A stretch of DNA of 64,000 nucleotides from Minisyncoccota bacterium (GCA_035708165.1 DASSSZ010000006.1:179-64178); one strand, 5' to 3'. Shown: positions 1-10,024, counted from the first letter of the stretch. The notes: generated by a model from the sequence alone, not told the origin. Program-made: numbers and translations.

Positions 1-301
1 GGAGAACGAGCCTGACCGGTACCGCATCGGAGCGATGCTCCTCGATCTCGATGATCCCACGAAGGTCATCGCGCGCAGCGCCGGCCCGCTGCTCTCCCCG
101 GATATGCCGTATGAGAACCACTGGAAGCCGGGCATCGTCTATACATGCGGTGCAGTGGTGAAGGACGGCACCTTTTTCCTGTATTACGGCGGCGGCGACC
201 GTCACGTGTGCGTTGCGCACGCGCCGATCTCCCAGATACTCTATGATTTGAAGCATGATCGGGCGCCTGCGCTCTCCCCGGCCGAAGCGGTGATGGCCTA
301 G
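1..301 (+). CDS. GH130/DUF377-family glycosidase/phosphorylase-like protein, C-terminal fragment (gene starts upstream of the window)
   Basis: ORF 35..301 (..VVKDGTFFLYYGGGDRHVCVAHA..) is paralogous to the C-terminus of the next gene (..VVRRDTIFLYYGGADKVLGVATL..). The frame stays open to the window edge. Confidence 0.55.
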   Translation, partial: ENEPDRYRIGAMLLDLDDPTKVIARSAGPLLSPDMPYENHWKPGIVYTCGAVVKDGTFFLYYGGGDRHVCVAHAPISQILYDLKHDRAPALSPAEAVMA

Positions 302-326
302 CGCATGCTACGCTACTAGAGCAGGT

Positions 327-2261
327 ATGTACGTCGTCCGCCGTTCTCCCAACAACCCGATCCTCTCTCCTGATCCCGGCCGGACATTCGAGTCCGCAGC
401 CGCGTTCAACGGCTGCGCCGTCAAGAAAGGTAGGGACACCTACCTGATCTACCGCGCGATGGCGCGCCCCGACCCGCTCGTGGCTCCGGGTACCTATCGC
501 TCCACAATCGGGATCGCGAAGCTCGCGGGCGGTGAGCGCGCAACGCGGCAGCGCGAGTTTATCGTGCCCTCGGAGGCATGGGATGCATACGGCTGCGAGG
601 ACCCGCGGACGACCCTCTTCGAGGGTCGGTACTACACCTTCTACACCGCGCTCGGCGGCGTACCATTCGGGCCGGATAATATCAAAGTGGCGTGCGCGGT
701 CTCGGATGACCTGTTCTCCATCGCCGAAAAGCATCTCGTCACGCCGTTCAATGCGAAAGCCATGGCGCTCTTCCCTGAGCGCATCGGCGGCAAGGTCGCG
801 GTCATCCTGCTCGCGCACCAGGACGAGGGCGACAGCAAGGCGACGATCGCGATCGCCTATGCCGATCACGTCGAGGAATTCTTCGAGGAGGCGTACTGGC
901 GCGCATGGGATGCGACGATCGGGCAGCATGCGCTGCCGCTCGTGCGCAGCGCGGAGGATTTCGCCGAGATCGGCGCGGCGCCGGTGAAGACGAACGAGGG
1001 CTGGCTGCTCATCTATTCATATATCCAGAACTACTTCCGCGGGGATGAGCGCGTCTTCGGGATCGAAGGGGTGCTCCTCGATCGCGGGGAACCGCAGCGC
1101 GTCATCGGCCGCACCGAAAGCCCGATCCTCGTGCCGGAAGCGCCGTACGAGATCTACGGGCACGTGGGCCGCGTCGCATTCCCTGCTGGCGCTCTGATCG
1201 AAGGGAAGCGCCTCGATATCTACTACGGAGGCGCCGACACCGTCTGCGCCAAGGCAAGCCTCTACCTGCCGCACCTCCTCGATGCGATGCTGCCCGGACG
1301 GCGCGAGGCGCTCGTCGCGCGCGCTCCTGAGAACCCCATCATCGTGCCCGACGCGGCGCACCCATGGCGCGCACGCGACGTGATGAATGCCGCCGCGTTC
1401 GACCTCGATGGGGAAGTACAGATCCTCTTCCGCGCGATGTCGCCGGATAACACCTCAACGGTCGGGCTCGCCACCTCGAAGGACGGCATCCATATCGATA
1501 CCGTGAGCGACGAGCCGATCTACGTCCCGCGGGCGGATTTCGAGCAGAAGCGCGGCGGCGCCGGCGGCAATTCTGGCTGCGAGGACCCGCGCGCGATCCC
1601 GATCGGCCGCACGCTCTACATGCTCTACACCAGCTACGACGGCGCGTCGGTGCCGCGGGTAGCGCTCACTTCGATCCCGCTTGCGGCATTCCGTGCGCGC
1701 GATTTCAGCCAATGGTCCATGCCGGTGCGCATCTCGCCCTCCGGGATCGACGACAAGGATGCGGCCATCATCCCGAAACCCATCGACGGCAAGTACCTCG
1801 TGCTGCACCGCATCAACTCGATGATCTGCATGGATTGTTTCAACGATCTCTCGCTCTCCGAGCACGCGATCACGCGTGCGATAGAGATCCTGCGTCCGCG
1901 CGACGGCACATGGGAAGCACTGAAGGTCGGGATCGCCGGCCCGCCGGTCGCTACGCGCCGCGGCTGGCTCCTCTTCTACCATGCGGTCGGCGACGACCGC
2001 ACCTACCGCATCAGCGCTGCGCTCCTCGATGCGAACGACCCGACGCGCGTCATCGCGCGCCTCGCGGAGCCCCTGCTCGTGCCGGAAAAGCAGTGGGAGA
2101 AGGAGGGGGAAGTGCCGAATGTCGTCTTCTCCTGCGGGCAGGTGGTGCGCCGCGATACCATCTTTCTCTACTATGGCGGCGCAGATAAGGTGCTCGGCGT
2201 CGCGACGCTCTCGCTCAAGGACCTCCTCGATCGGCTGGACCCTAAGGCGCTGCGCGCGTGA
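327..2261 (+). CDS. Tandem double GH130/DUF377 domain protein (putative beta-mannoside phosphorylase/glycosidase family)
   Basis: 644 aa. It carries two repeats of the GH130-like motifs (NPIL/NPII..SPD.., GCEDPR.., YY.FYTA / LYMLYTSYDG, LYYGGAD), so it is an internal duplication of one fold. Confidence 0.65.
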   Translation: MYVVRRSPNNPILSPDPGRTFESAAAFNGCAVKKGRDTYLIYRAMARPDPLVAPGTYRSTIGIAKLAGGERATRQREFIVPSEAWDAYGCEDPRTTLFEGRYYTFYTALGGVPFGPDNIKVACAVSDDLFSIAEKHLVTPFNAKAMALFPERIGGKVAVILLAHQDEGDSKATIAIAYADHVEEFFEEAYWRAWDATIGQHALPLVRSAEDFAEIGAAPVKTNEGWLLIYSYIQNYFRGDERVFGIEGVLLDRGEPQRVIGRTESPILVPEAPYEIYGHVGRVAFPAGALIEGKRLDIYYGGADTVCAKASLYLPHLLDAMLPGRREALVARAPENPIIVPDAAHPWRARDVMNAAAFDLDGEVQILFRAMSPDNTSTVGLATSKDGIHIDTVSDEPIYVPRADFEQKRGGAGGNSGCEDPRAIPIGRTLYMLYTSYDGASVPRVALTSIPLAAFRARDFSQWSMPVRISPSGIDDKDAAIIPKPIDGKYLVLHRINSMICMDCFNDLSLSEHAITRAIEILRPRDGTWEALKVGIAGPPVATRRGWLLFYHAVGDDRTYRISAALLDANDPTRVIARLAEPLLVPEKQWEKEGEVPNVVFSCGQVVRRDTIFLYYGGADKVLGVATLSLKDLLDRLDPKALRA

Positions 2262-2711
2262 TCACTCCGCCACGTAGCGGATGACGACGCGACGCTCCTT
2301 TCCTTCGCCCTGCGACTCCGTCTTCACGTGCGGCTCGTCGGCGAGCGTCGAGTGGACGATCAGCCGCTCGTACGGCCGCATGGGCGGGAGCTCGACGTCA
2401 TACGCGAACGAGCGTGCGCGTTCCGCCATCATCTTGGCGCGCATCTCGATCTCCCTGATCCGGCTCGCTTGGTACTCGTTCACATCGAGGATGAAGCGCT
2501 CCGTGCGGATATCCCGCTGCTCCACCAGACGCTTCAGCAGGTGATCGAGCGCCAGGAGCGTCTCGCCGCGCGTGCCGATGAGCGCCGAGGGGTCGCTGGT
2601 CTCGATCCGCAGCAGCGGCTGCCCCGCGATCGAGCCTTCTGTCACGCGCTCATACGAAGCGCCCATCGAATCGAGGAGGCCAGTCAGTACGGCAATGATC
2701 GATTCGTTCAT
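2262..2711 (-). CDS. jag: Jag/SpoIIIJ-associated protein (KH + R3H RNA-binding domains)
   Basis: The ORF track gives 2262..3182. The conserved part starts at the ATG at 2711 (MNESIIAVLTGLLD..GTRGETLLALDHLL..). It sits directly downstream of yidC, as in the canonical operon. Confidence 0.75.
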   Translation of the reverse strand: MNESIIAVLTGLLDSMGASYERVTEGSIAGQPLLRIETSDPSALIGTRGETLLALDHLLKRLVEQRDIRTERFILDVNEYQASRIREIEMRAKMMAERARSFAYDVELPPMRPYERLIVHSTLADEPHVKTESQGEGKERRVVIRYVAE

Positions 2712-2788
2712 ACGTACTGTGTACCACGGATGGCAGGAGCAGTCCAAAAAAGGCCCATTCAGGCCATGAAACAGAGCCTCTGTCGCGC

Positions 2789-3517
2789 TTAGTTCGCGTT
2801 CGCAGCCTCGCGTTCGAGACGACGCCGGACGAACAGTTCCTGCGCGATGTTGAAGAGATTGCTCGTGGTCCAGTAGAGCGCCACTGCAGCGGCGAGCGAG
2901 TAGGCGATGAAGCACATGACGAACGGCAGGACATAGCGCATCTGCAGGTGCATGCTGCGCGCAAGGTCGTGCGAGAACCCGCTCCCGTCCGCCGCCGGCG
3001 GCTGCATCGAGAGCTTCGCGAAGACGAACTGGGTGATGCCGGTCGTGAGCGCGAGGATGACGCTGCGCGTGCTCATGTCGATAAGCCCGAGGAATTGCAT
3101 CGAAATGGCTGCTGGTGCATGCACGAACGCGTAGAGTTGCGTCATATCTATCGCCGGAAGATTGCCGTAGCGGAAGACCCAATAGAGGCCGATGATGAGC
3201 GGCAGCTGCACCAAGATGAGCAGGAACGGGGCAGACATATGGATATCGTTCTCCTTGTAGAGCGCCATCGTCTCGCGCGCTTTCGCGTCCGTATCGTTCT
3301 GATGCTTCTTCTTCAGCGCCTCGATCTGCGGCTGCAATTTCTTGAGCGCGATGTTCGTCTTGATCCCGTTCTGGGCGAGCGGGAAGATGATGATGCGCAC
3401 GAGCACCGTAAGCACGATGACCGCGATGCCTACCTCGTGCCCCGGTACGAGCCCGAGGAGGAATACGAGGGCGTTATAGAGCGGCTGATAGAGGACCGCG
3501 TGGAAGAAAGCGCCCAT
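2789..3517 (-). CDS. yidC: YidC/Oxa1-family membrane protein insertase (short form)
   Basis: 242 aa multi-TM protein with the YidC core motifs (PLAQNGIKTN.., LYKENDIHM, LPLIIGLYWVF). It lies downstream of rnpA. Confidence 0.85.
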   Translation of the reverse strand: MGAFFHAVLYQPLYNALVFLLGLVPGHEVGIAVIVLTVLVRIIIFPLAQNGIKTNIALKKLQPQIEALKKKHQNDTDAKARETMALYKENDIHMSAPFLLILVQLPLIIGLYWVFRYGNLPAIDMTQLYAFVHAPAAISMQFLGLIDMSTRSVILALTTGITQFVFAKLSMQPPAADGSGFSHDLARSMHLQMRYVLPFVMCFIAYSLAAAVALYWTTSNLFNIAQELFVRRRLEREAANAN

Positions 3518-3557
3518 GACGGTGCCATTCTACCGCACAATCGCGCATGGAGCGACG

Positions 3558-3875
3558 CTACGAAGCCTTCGCGAAGGCTTCGGGGAGCTCGGCGAGGAAG
3601 TCGTCCCAGGAAGCATCCTTGCTGAGAATCCTGATAAGGACTGTGCTCGGGTGTGCAAGGGAAGAGAGGGATGCGCGGGCTGCGGCACGGCACTGGCGCT
3701 TCAGGCGATTGCGGTCGACAGCTTGTCTTGCGACTTTTTTGGCTACACTGCAGGCTATTTTCGTAGTTCCATCATCCGATCGCCGTGCCGTAACGAGAAA
3801 ATGCCGCGTGCGCACGGCACGGGCACCTCGGATCGTCGTGATGTCCTCTGCAGAAGCCCGGTTCTGGCGGGGCAT
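3558..3875 (-). CDS. rnpA: Ribonuclease P protein component
   Basis: 105 aa basic protein (RLKRQ..) located between rpmH and yidC. Confidence 0.8.
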   Translation of the reverse strand: MPRQNRASAEDITTIRGARAVRTRHFLVTARRSDDGTTKIACSVAKKVARQAVDRNRLKRQCRAAARASLSSLAHPSTVLIRILSKDASWDDFLAELPEAFAKAS

Positions 3876-3884
3876 GGCAGGGAG

Positions 3885-4028
3885 TTAGACGGTGGTCAGC
3901 TTAGCGCGACCCTTGCGGCGCCGGCGGGCGAGCACCTGCTTGCCTGCCGTCGTCGAGGAGCGCTTGAGGAAGCCGTGTGTCCGGTTCCGCTTACGGACCT
4001 TCGGCTGGTACGTTCGTTTCGTAGCCAT
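3885..4028 (-). CDS. rpmH: 50S ribosomal protein L34
   Basis: Hand translation of the minus strand gives [47 protein letters not shown]. It is under 60 aa, so it is absent from the ORF track. Confidence 0.9.
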   Translation of the reverse strand: MATKRTYQPKVRKRNRTHGFLKRSSTTAGKQVLARRRRKGRAKLTTV

Positions 4029-4235
4029 ATGCGCGCATCATACCGTATTATTCAAGTATTTCAAGCTGTTTCGAAGTCTTGGGAAAGGGGGATACCGAGG
4101 GTGGGGATAATGGTACACTTATCAACATGTTATCCACAGGAGTGTTTATTTTCAGCCATGCTGGATTGAAAAATAAGCCTCATTCCTCAGTGGGCTATAA
4201 TTCTGTGCATATCCGATTCATCCTATGTTGTGCGC
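4029..4235. promoter_or_regulatory. rpmH/dnaA divergent intergenic region with DnaA boxes (oriC-associated, dnaA promoter region)
   Basis: Perfect TTATCCACA at 4130..4138, plus near-matches cTTATCAACa at 4119..4128 and GGGGATAAT at 4103..4111. The region is AT-rich relative to the flanks. Confidence 0.5.
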
Positions 4236-5597
4236 ATGACTGAACGGGAACTCTGGCAGAACGCCTTGGTGCAGATCGAGCTCGGCACCTCAGAAGCGAG
4301 CTTCCAGACGTGGTTCCGCGGGACTGATATCGCGCGCCGGGAGGGGGGTTCGGTATTCGTTGCCGTCCCGTCAAAGATCGTAAAGGAGTGGCTTCGTGAG
4401 AAGCACCATAAGCTCATCCTGAAGACGCTGCGCGATCTTGATGAGACGATCCGATCAGTCGAATACGTCGTGCAGAAGAACGCTCGGGTCGCCGCGACGA
4501 CCGGCAAGCAGGCGCCGATCACGGATACCGGCGCAAGCACGATGGCGACCCTCGGGCTCAACGAGTACTACATCGATAAGCGGGATAACCTCAATCCGCG
4601 CTATACATTCGAGTCATTCATCGTCGGCCCCTTCAATCAGATGGCGCATGCAGCCGCGCAAGCGGTCATTCAGAAGCCTGGATTGTCATATAATCCCTTG
4701 TTTTTCTACGGATCGACCGGCCACGGAAAGACGCACCTGATCCAGGCGATCGGAAATTACTTCAAGAAGACGAATTCGAACCGGAAGGTCTTCTACGCGA
4801 CAGCCGAACGGTTCACGATCGATTACTTCAACGCATTGCGCGACGGGCGCGCGAATTCCTTCAAGGACCAGTACCGCCAGTACGACGTCCTCATCATGGA
4901 TGATATCCAGTTCATCGCGAACAAGGAGAAGACGCAGGAGGAGCTCTTCCACCTTTTCAATGCCTTCCATGACAATAACAAGCAGATCATCTTCTCATCG
5001 GATAAGCATCCGAATTTCGTGCCGGATTTCGAGGATCGCCTGAAGAGCCGCTTCAATGCAGGGCTCATCATCGAGATCCCACAGCCAGACCTCGAATCGC
5101 GCATCTCGATCATCACCGCGAAGGCGAACCAGTACGGCTACGCCATGCCGCACGAGACGATCGAATACATCGCGCAGCATGTGAACGGCAACATCCGCGA
5201 GCTCGAAGGGGTACTCAACGCGATCATCGTCAAGGCGCAGCTCAAAGGAAAATCGCTCAACCAAGCCGAATTGCATGGTATCCTGAAGAATACGGCACGG
5301 CCGGCGAAAGGCTTCTCTGTCGAGGATGTCGTCAAGAAAGTCGCGCAATACTACAAGATCGATGAGAAGAGCATCTACGAAAAGACGCGCAAGAAGGAGG
5401 TGGTGAAGCCGCGGCAGATCATCATGTACGTGCTGCGGGAGGAATTCAATGTCTCCTACCCTTCGATCGGGGAGAAGCTCGGCGGTCGCGACCACACGAC
5501 CGTGATCCACTCCTGTGAGAAGATAAAGGAAGACCTGAAGGGGAATAGTGCGCTCGAATCTGAGATCGATCAGATCAAGATGCTCATACACGGGTGA
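4236..5597 (+). CDS. dnaA: Chromosomal replication initiator protein DnaA
   Basis: AAA+ Walker A GSTGHGKTHL, the DnaA signature IGNY.., and a C-terminal DNA-binding helix (GGRDHTTVIHSCEKI). The ORF track starts at GTG 4230; the first ATG is 4236. Confidence 0.95.
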   Translation: MTERELWQNALVQIELGTSEASFQTWFRGTDIARREGGSVFVAVPSKIVKEWLREKHHKLILKTLRDLDETIRSVEYVVQKNARVAATTGKQAPITDTGASTMATLGLNEYYIDKRDNLNPRYTFESFIVGPFNQMAHAAAQAVIQKPGLSYNPLFFYGSTGHGKTHLIQAIGNYFKKTNSNRKVFYATAERFTIDYFNALRDGRANSFKDQYRQYDVLIMDDIQFIANKEKTQEELFHLFNAFHDNNKQIIFSSDKHPNFVPDFEDRLKSRFNAGLIIEIPQPDLESRISIITAKANQYGYAMPHETIEYIAQHVNGNIRELEGVLNAIIVKAQLKGKSLNQAELHGILKNTARPAKGFSVEDVVKKVAQYYKIDEKSIYEKTRKKEVVKPRQIIMYVLREEFNVSYPSIGEKLGGRDHTTVIHSCEKIKEDLKGNSALESEIDQIKMLIHG

Positions 5598-5849
5598 ATT
5601 TGCTGTGGATAGCGCGAGGGAAAACCTATGGGAAAGCATGCGGAAAACCACTCGAATAACAGCTCGCGAACGGGGATAACCAGAACGGCAGTTCGCTTAT
5701 CCCCAGCCCTATCCCCGCTTTCCACTCGGTAATCCCCAGCTCCATAAACAAATCATGAAGCGAGAATCCGAGATATCAAGCCGAGTTTGCTGTTTTTCCC
5801 CGTATCCACACCCCTAATAGTAGTTATAGTAGTTTTTAATAAAACCTTT
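5598..5849. promoter_or_regulatory. Candidate oriC core: dnaA-dnaN intergenic region with DnaA boxes and an AT-rich unwinding element
   Basis: gTATCCACA at 5802..5810 and TGTGGATAg at 5604..5612 (reverse-orientation box). Further matches are cTTATCCCC near 5697 and GGGGATAAC near 5670. An AT-rich stretch (taatagtagttatagtagtttttaataaaacc) lies at 5815..5846. Confidence 0.6.
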
Positions 5850-6947
5850 ATGAAAACCAGCTGCACACAGGAACGATTGAGAGCCGCGGTGGATATCGCT
5901 GAACGTGTCGTCGGCAAGAAGGAGTCGCTGCCGGTACTCTCATGCATCCTGCTCGAAGCGAAAGGAAAGGCTCTCTATGTGCGTGCGACGAATCTCGAGA
6001 CCGGCATCGAGATCGCTGTGCCGGCTGAGGTCATGCAGGAGGGGGTCGTGGCGGTCCCTGTCGGCGTGTTCTCGCATACGGTACGTACTAGCCGTGCTGA
6101 GAAGATCGAACTCTCACTCGATGGGCAGAATCTCTCCATCCGTTCGCCGCATGGCGAGACGACCTTGCGGACCATCGCTCATGACGAATTCCCCTCGATC
6201 CCGAAGGAGACCGAGGGAGATGCCTACCAACTTTCGCCGAAAGCTCTTCTCGACGGCATCAGTGCCGTCGCTTACGCGGCTTCGCAATCGATGATCCGCC
6301 CTGAGCTCGCGAGCATCCTCATAACAGCGCAGGATGGTACGCTCACGTTCGCCGCGACGGATTCCTTCCGTCTGGCGGAGAAGCGCATTCCGGCGCGCGC
6401 CGCTTCCATCCCTGACACGCTCTTGCCAGTGAAGAATGCGCTTGAGCTCACGCATGTGCTCAGTGCGCTCCCGGATGAGCCGATCGAGTGCCGATTCAGC
6501 GACTCCCAACTATCCGTCACGGCCGGCACTATCTATTTCATGTCCCGTATCGTGGATGCGACCTTCCCGCAGTACCAGGCCATCATCCCGAAGGAATTCA
6601 TGACCGAAGCGGTCCTCCTCAAGGAGGATCTCAACACCACCATGAAGAAGGCGCGCATCTTCTCTGCCGGAACGCAGCAGATCGGCTTCCATGTATACCC
6701 ATCGAAGAAATCATTCACAGCGACCGCCCGGACTGCGGATATCGGCGAGACGAGCGATAGCATCGATGCAGCGCTCGAAGGGAGCGATCTCGATATCAAC
6801 TTCAACCTGCAGTATCTCTCGGACTGTTTCAGCTCGATACGCGCGGACAGCGTCTCGCTCCAGTTCGGCGGGCTCGGCAAGGCGTTGGTGATCAAAGGCG
6901 TCTCCGACCCCACATTCCTCTATCTAGTGATGCCGCTCAACCGATAA
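5850..6947 (+). CDS. dnaN: DNA polymerase III beta sliding clamp
   Basis: 365 aa from the ATG at 5850. The ORF track starts at TTG 5787 with a hydrophobic non-native leader. It has the three-domain clamp architecture and the canonical position after dnaA. Confidence 0.93.
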   Translation: MKTSCTQERLRAAVDIAERVVGKKESLPVLSCILLEAKGKALYVRATNLETGIEIAVPAEVMQEGVVAVPVGVFSHTVRTSRAEKIELSLDGQNLSIRSPHGETTLRTIAHDEFPSIPKETEGDAYQLSPKALLDGISAVAYAASQSMIRPELASILITAQDGTLTFAATDSFRLAEKRIPARAASIPDTLLPVKNALELTHVLSALPDEPIECRFSDSQLSVTAGTIYFMSRIVDATFPQYQAIIPKEFMTEAVLLKEDLNTTMKKARIFSAGTQQIGFHVYPSKKSFTATARTADIGETSDSIDAALEGSDLDINFNLQYLSDCFSSIRADSVSLQFGGLGKALVIKGVSDPTFLYLVMPLNR

Positions 6948-7019
6948 GGCAAACCACTCTCATCGTGAGCGTAACGGCGGCCTATGGGCCGCCTAGCGCG
7001 TTCTAGAGGGGTGGCCGCT

Positions 7020-9449
7020 CTATGGATGCGTCGAGAAATTGACGGTCTGCGAGCTGACGCCGAATGAGCCGTTCGCGACGATCTCCAAGGATTGCGGGCC
7101 GAGCGTCGTCGGAGTGATTGACATCTCGAGCTGTCCGCCAGCTGCCGTACTGACGAGCGCACCATTGAGATAGGACGAGAACGAGGTGATCGTGACGCCA
7201 TTCGCCGGCTGGATCCGTATCGAGACCGCCTGATTGACCGGAACGGCGCTTCCAGGGCCCGGCGAGACGATTCTGAATGGCCCGTTTAGCGTGACCGCGG
7301 CTGAGGAGGACGCATACCCCTGCGCGGCTGCCCAGATGCGGATCGGGTACTCCCAGTTCGCATACTGCGGATCGGTGACCGAGGTGCCCGGCGCGCTGCC
7401 TGCGAGCGGCGTGTTCGGGTTGAGCCAATAGAGGATCGAGTGGAGCTGGCCGTCAGGGCCGGGGATGTCCCACTGCCCGCGGATGATCGGCGGAGCGTTC
7501 GCGGGTGTCGGATCGGGCTTGATGAACTGCCCTGCCGGGTACTTCTCGATAGCGTACTGCATGATGTCATGCCACATCGGTGCCACGATGAATCCGGCGA
7601 TCTTCTTGGCCATCGGGGTATTGTCGTTATTGCCCGCCCATGAGCCGACGACGATCGAAGGCGTGTAGCCGATGATCCAGGCATCCCGCGAGTCGTTCGT
7701 GGTGCCGGTCTTATCAGCGACATCGAAGCCGGGGAAGTTGAGCGGCGAATCCGTGCCGAATTCCGGCGTACGCGCGACGTTATCAGAGAGGACGTCGCTG
7801 ATCTGCCGCGCTACCTGCTCATCGAGCACGCGCGTGGACTGGTCCTGGTATTTCTCGAGGACGTTCCCGTTCGCATCATCCACCTCGAGGATCGCCGTCG
7901 CCTGGTGATGGATGCCATCCGTCGCGAAGCCGCCGTATGCGCTCACCATGTCGAGCAAAGTCACTTCGCCGCCGCCCAGCGTGAGCGTGAGCCCGTAGCG
8001 CGCCGCATCGCCGAGGGTCGTGATCCCCATCCGCTGCGCGGTCGCGAGCGCGTCATTGATGCCGACGAGGTACAGGAGCTTCACGGCGACGACGTTCACG
8101 GATTGCGCGAGCGCATCGCGCAGGCTCATCGGGCCGCTGAAGAGGCTGTCGTAGTTGTCAGGCGAGTAGCATGTATCCGTGGTCTCGAGGTCGTCCGGCG
8201 CGCAATTCGCCGCGAACTGGGTCTTGAGGTTGAAGAGGACGGTATCCGGCGAGTAACCCTTCGCGAACGCTGTCGCGTATACGAACGGCTTGAATGTCGA
8301 GCCTGGCTGGCGGTGCGCCAAGGCATCGTTGTACTTGCCGTCGATCGTATCGCTGAAGTAGTCGCTCGATCCGACCATGGCGAGGATCTGCCCGGTATTC
8401 GGATCGATCGCGACCGTCGCGGCATTGCTCGCATTGAATTCCTTGAGGTTGCTCGCGGCATACTGCTTCTCGACATCCTCCGCCTTCTTCTCGAGGTCGT
8501 AGTCGAGCGTGGTGATGACCCTGAGGCCGTTCTGATCCACCGCATCGGCACCATACTTCTGCTCGAGGTATTGCAGGACGTACATCACGAAGTGCGGCGC
8601 CTTGATGCCGGAATCGCTCTCCTGGATGAAGGTGACGTTCTCGTTCTGCGCCTGATCGCGCTCAGCCGCGGTGATGTATCCCTGCTCATACATGCGCTCG
8701 AGGACAGTGTTCTTCCGAGCATCCAAGGCGTCCTTATTGTTGCCGTACGGAGAGTAGTAGGTCGGCGCCTGCGGGAGGGCAGCGAGGTACGCGGCTTGCG
8801 CGAGGTCGAGATCCTTGGCGTGGACGCCGAAGAAGTATTCGCTGGCTTCCTCGATGCCGTAGATAGTGCCGCCGTACGGCGTCTCGTTGAAGTAGACGTC
8901 GAGGATCTGGTTCTTGCTGTAGGTCTGGTCGAGCTTGATGGCGAGCACCCACTCCTTCAGCTTGCGCGGGATCGTCTTCGAGCTCGTGAGGATAGTGTTC
9001 TTCACCACCTGCTGCGTGATCGTGGAACCGCCCTGGCTGAAGGAAAGCGTCGTGACGTCCACCCAGATGGCGCGCAGGATCGCCTTCAGCTCGATGCCGT
9101 TATCGGTATAGAAATTCGGGTCCTCGATCGCGATCGCGGCATGCTGCACGTACGGGGAGATCTGGTCGAGCGTGACGTCGGTGCGGCGGATGCTGCCGTG
9201 CACGTCATAGAGGAGGACCTTGCCGGTTCGGTCGTAGATCTTCGTGGATTGCGGGACGCGGCGTGTCTCGAAATCGTTGATATCAGGGATGGGCGTGGTG
9301 ACGAACCAGAAGAGCAGCACGCCCGCAAGGAAGAACCCGAGAATGAGAATCCCCAGGATGATCTCATAGAGGAGGGGAATCCTGTGGAAAAACCCCTTCT
9401 GAGAACGATTTCGCGGCCTATTCCTGAGCTTTCTGAAGAACGAGGGCAT
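7020..9449 (-). CDS. Class A penicillin-binding protein (PBP1A-type, bifunctional glycosyltransferase/transpeptidase) with a C-terminal beta-rich extension
   Basis: N-terminal TM, then GT51 motifs (EDPNFYTDNGIE, GGSTITQQV.KN), then the transpeptidase SxxK/SxN/KTG region (..STFKPF.., KTGTTND). About 200 aa of extra C-terminal Ser/Thr-rich repeats follow. Confidence 0.9.
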   Translation of the reverse strand: MPSFFRKLRNRPRNRSQKGFFHRIPLLYEIILGILILGFFLAGVLLFWFVTTPIPDINDFETRRVPQSTKIYDRTGKVLLYDVHGSIRRTDVTLDQISPYVQHAAIAIEDPNFYTDNGIELKAILRAIWVDVTTLSFSQGGSTITQQVVKNTILTSSKTIPRKLKEWVLAIKLDQTYSKNQILDVYFNETPYGGTIYGIEEASEYFFGVHAKDLDLAQAAYLAALPQAPTYYSPYGNNKDALDARKNTVLERMYEQGYITAAERDQAQNENVTFIQESDSGIKAPHFVMYVLQYLEQKYGADAVDQNGLRVITTLDYDLEKKAEDVEKQYAASNLKEFNASNAATVAIDPNTGQILAMVGSSDYFSDTIDGKYNDALAHRQPGSTFKPFVYATAFAKGYSPDTVLFNLKTQFAANCAPDDLETTDTCYSPDNYDSLFSGPMSLRDALAQSVNVVAVKLLYLVGINDALATAQRMGITTLGDAARYGLTLTLGGGEVTLLDMVSAYGGFATDGIHHQATAILEVDDANGNVLEKYQDQSTRVLDEQVARQISDVLSDNVARTPEFGTDSPLNFPGFDVADKTGTTNDSRDAWIIGYTPSIVVGSWAGNNDNTPMAKKIAGFIVAPMWHDIMQYAIEKYPAGQFIKPDPTPANAPPIIRGQWDIPGPDGQLHSILYWLNPNTPLAGSAPGTSVTDPQYANWEYPIRIWAAAQGYASSSAAVTLNGPFRIVSPGPGSAVPVNQAVSIRIQPANGVTITSFSSYLNGALVSTAAGGQLEMSITPTTLGPQSLEIVANGSFGVSSQTVNFSTHP

Positions 9450-9553
9450 GTGGAAAACGCTGGGGATTACGTGGGGTTAATACTAGCATATCCGGTGCGT
9501 ACCTGGCGCATGAATGTGCCACGGAATCGGCGTTTCAGGTGATATCTCTTCCG

Positions 9554-10024
9554 TTAGCGCGTGTGCGCGAGGTGCGTGATGCCGATCGCTATCGCATCGT
9601 ACTCGTCATCGAGCATCGAGCGCGAGGGAAGGCTGATCAGCCGCGGCACCATCGCCATGACCTGCCGCTTATCAGCTTTCCCGGCGCTCGTGACGGCGAT
9701 CTTCACGGCAGCAGGAGAATACTCGATGAGGGGCAGTCCCCGCGCAGCAGCGGCGAAGGTGATGACACCGCGTGCCTCAGCGACCTGCATGGCTGTCTTC
9801 GTGTTCTTGCTGAAGTAGAGGGTCTCCATGGCGAGCGCGCGCGGCGCATGCGTATCTATCGCGCGCCCTACGGCTTCGCCGATCTGGCGCAGACGCTCAT
9901 GAAACGGAAGGGATTTCTCGGTCCGCGCGCATTCGGAGTAGATCAGGACATCGCGGCCATCCTGCCGCTCGAGGATGGCGATACCGCAGCGCTCGTACCC
10001 GGGGTCGATCGCAAGGATGCGCAT
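9554..10024 (-). CDS. ruvC: Holliday junction resolvase RuvC
   Basis: MRILAIDPGYERCGIAIL.. The RuvC fold catalytic acidic residues are present; 156 aa. Confidence 0.9.
   Translation of the reverse strand: MRILAIDPGYERCGIAILERQDGRDVLIYSECARTEKSLPFHERLRQIGEAVGRAIDTHAPRALAMETLYFSKNTKTAMQVAEARGVITFAAAARGLPLIEYSPAAVKIAVTSAGKADKRQVMAMVPRLISLPSRSMLDDEYDAIAIGITHLAHTR

Noticed and set aside
66-929. 287-aa minus-strand ORF overlapping the GH130 gene
   Set aside because: Arg/Ala/Gly-rich translation typical of the antisense frame of a high-GC gene. No motifs, and it fully overlaps a well-supported plus-strand CDS.
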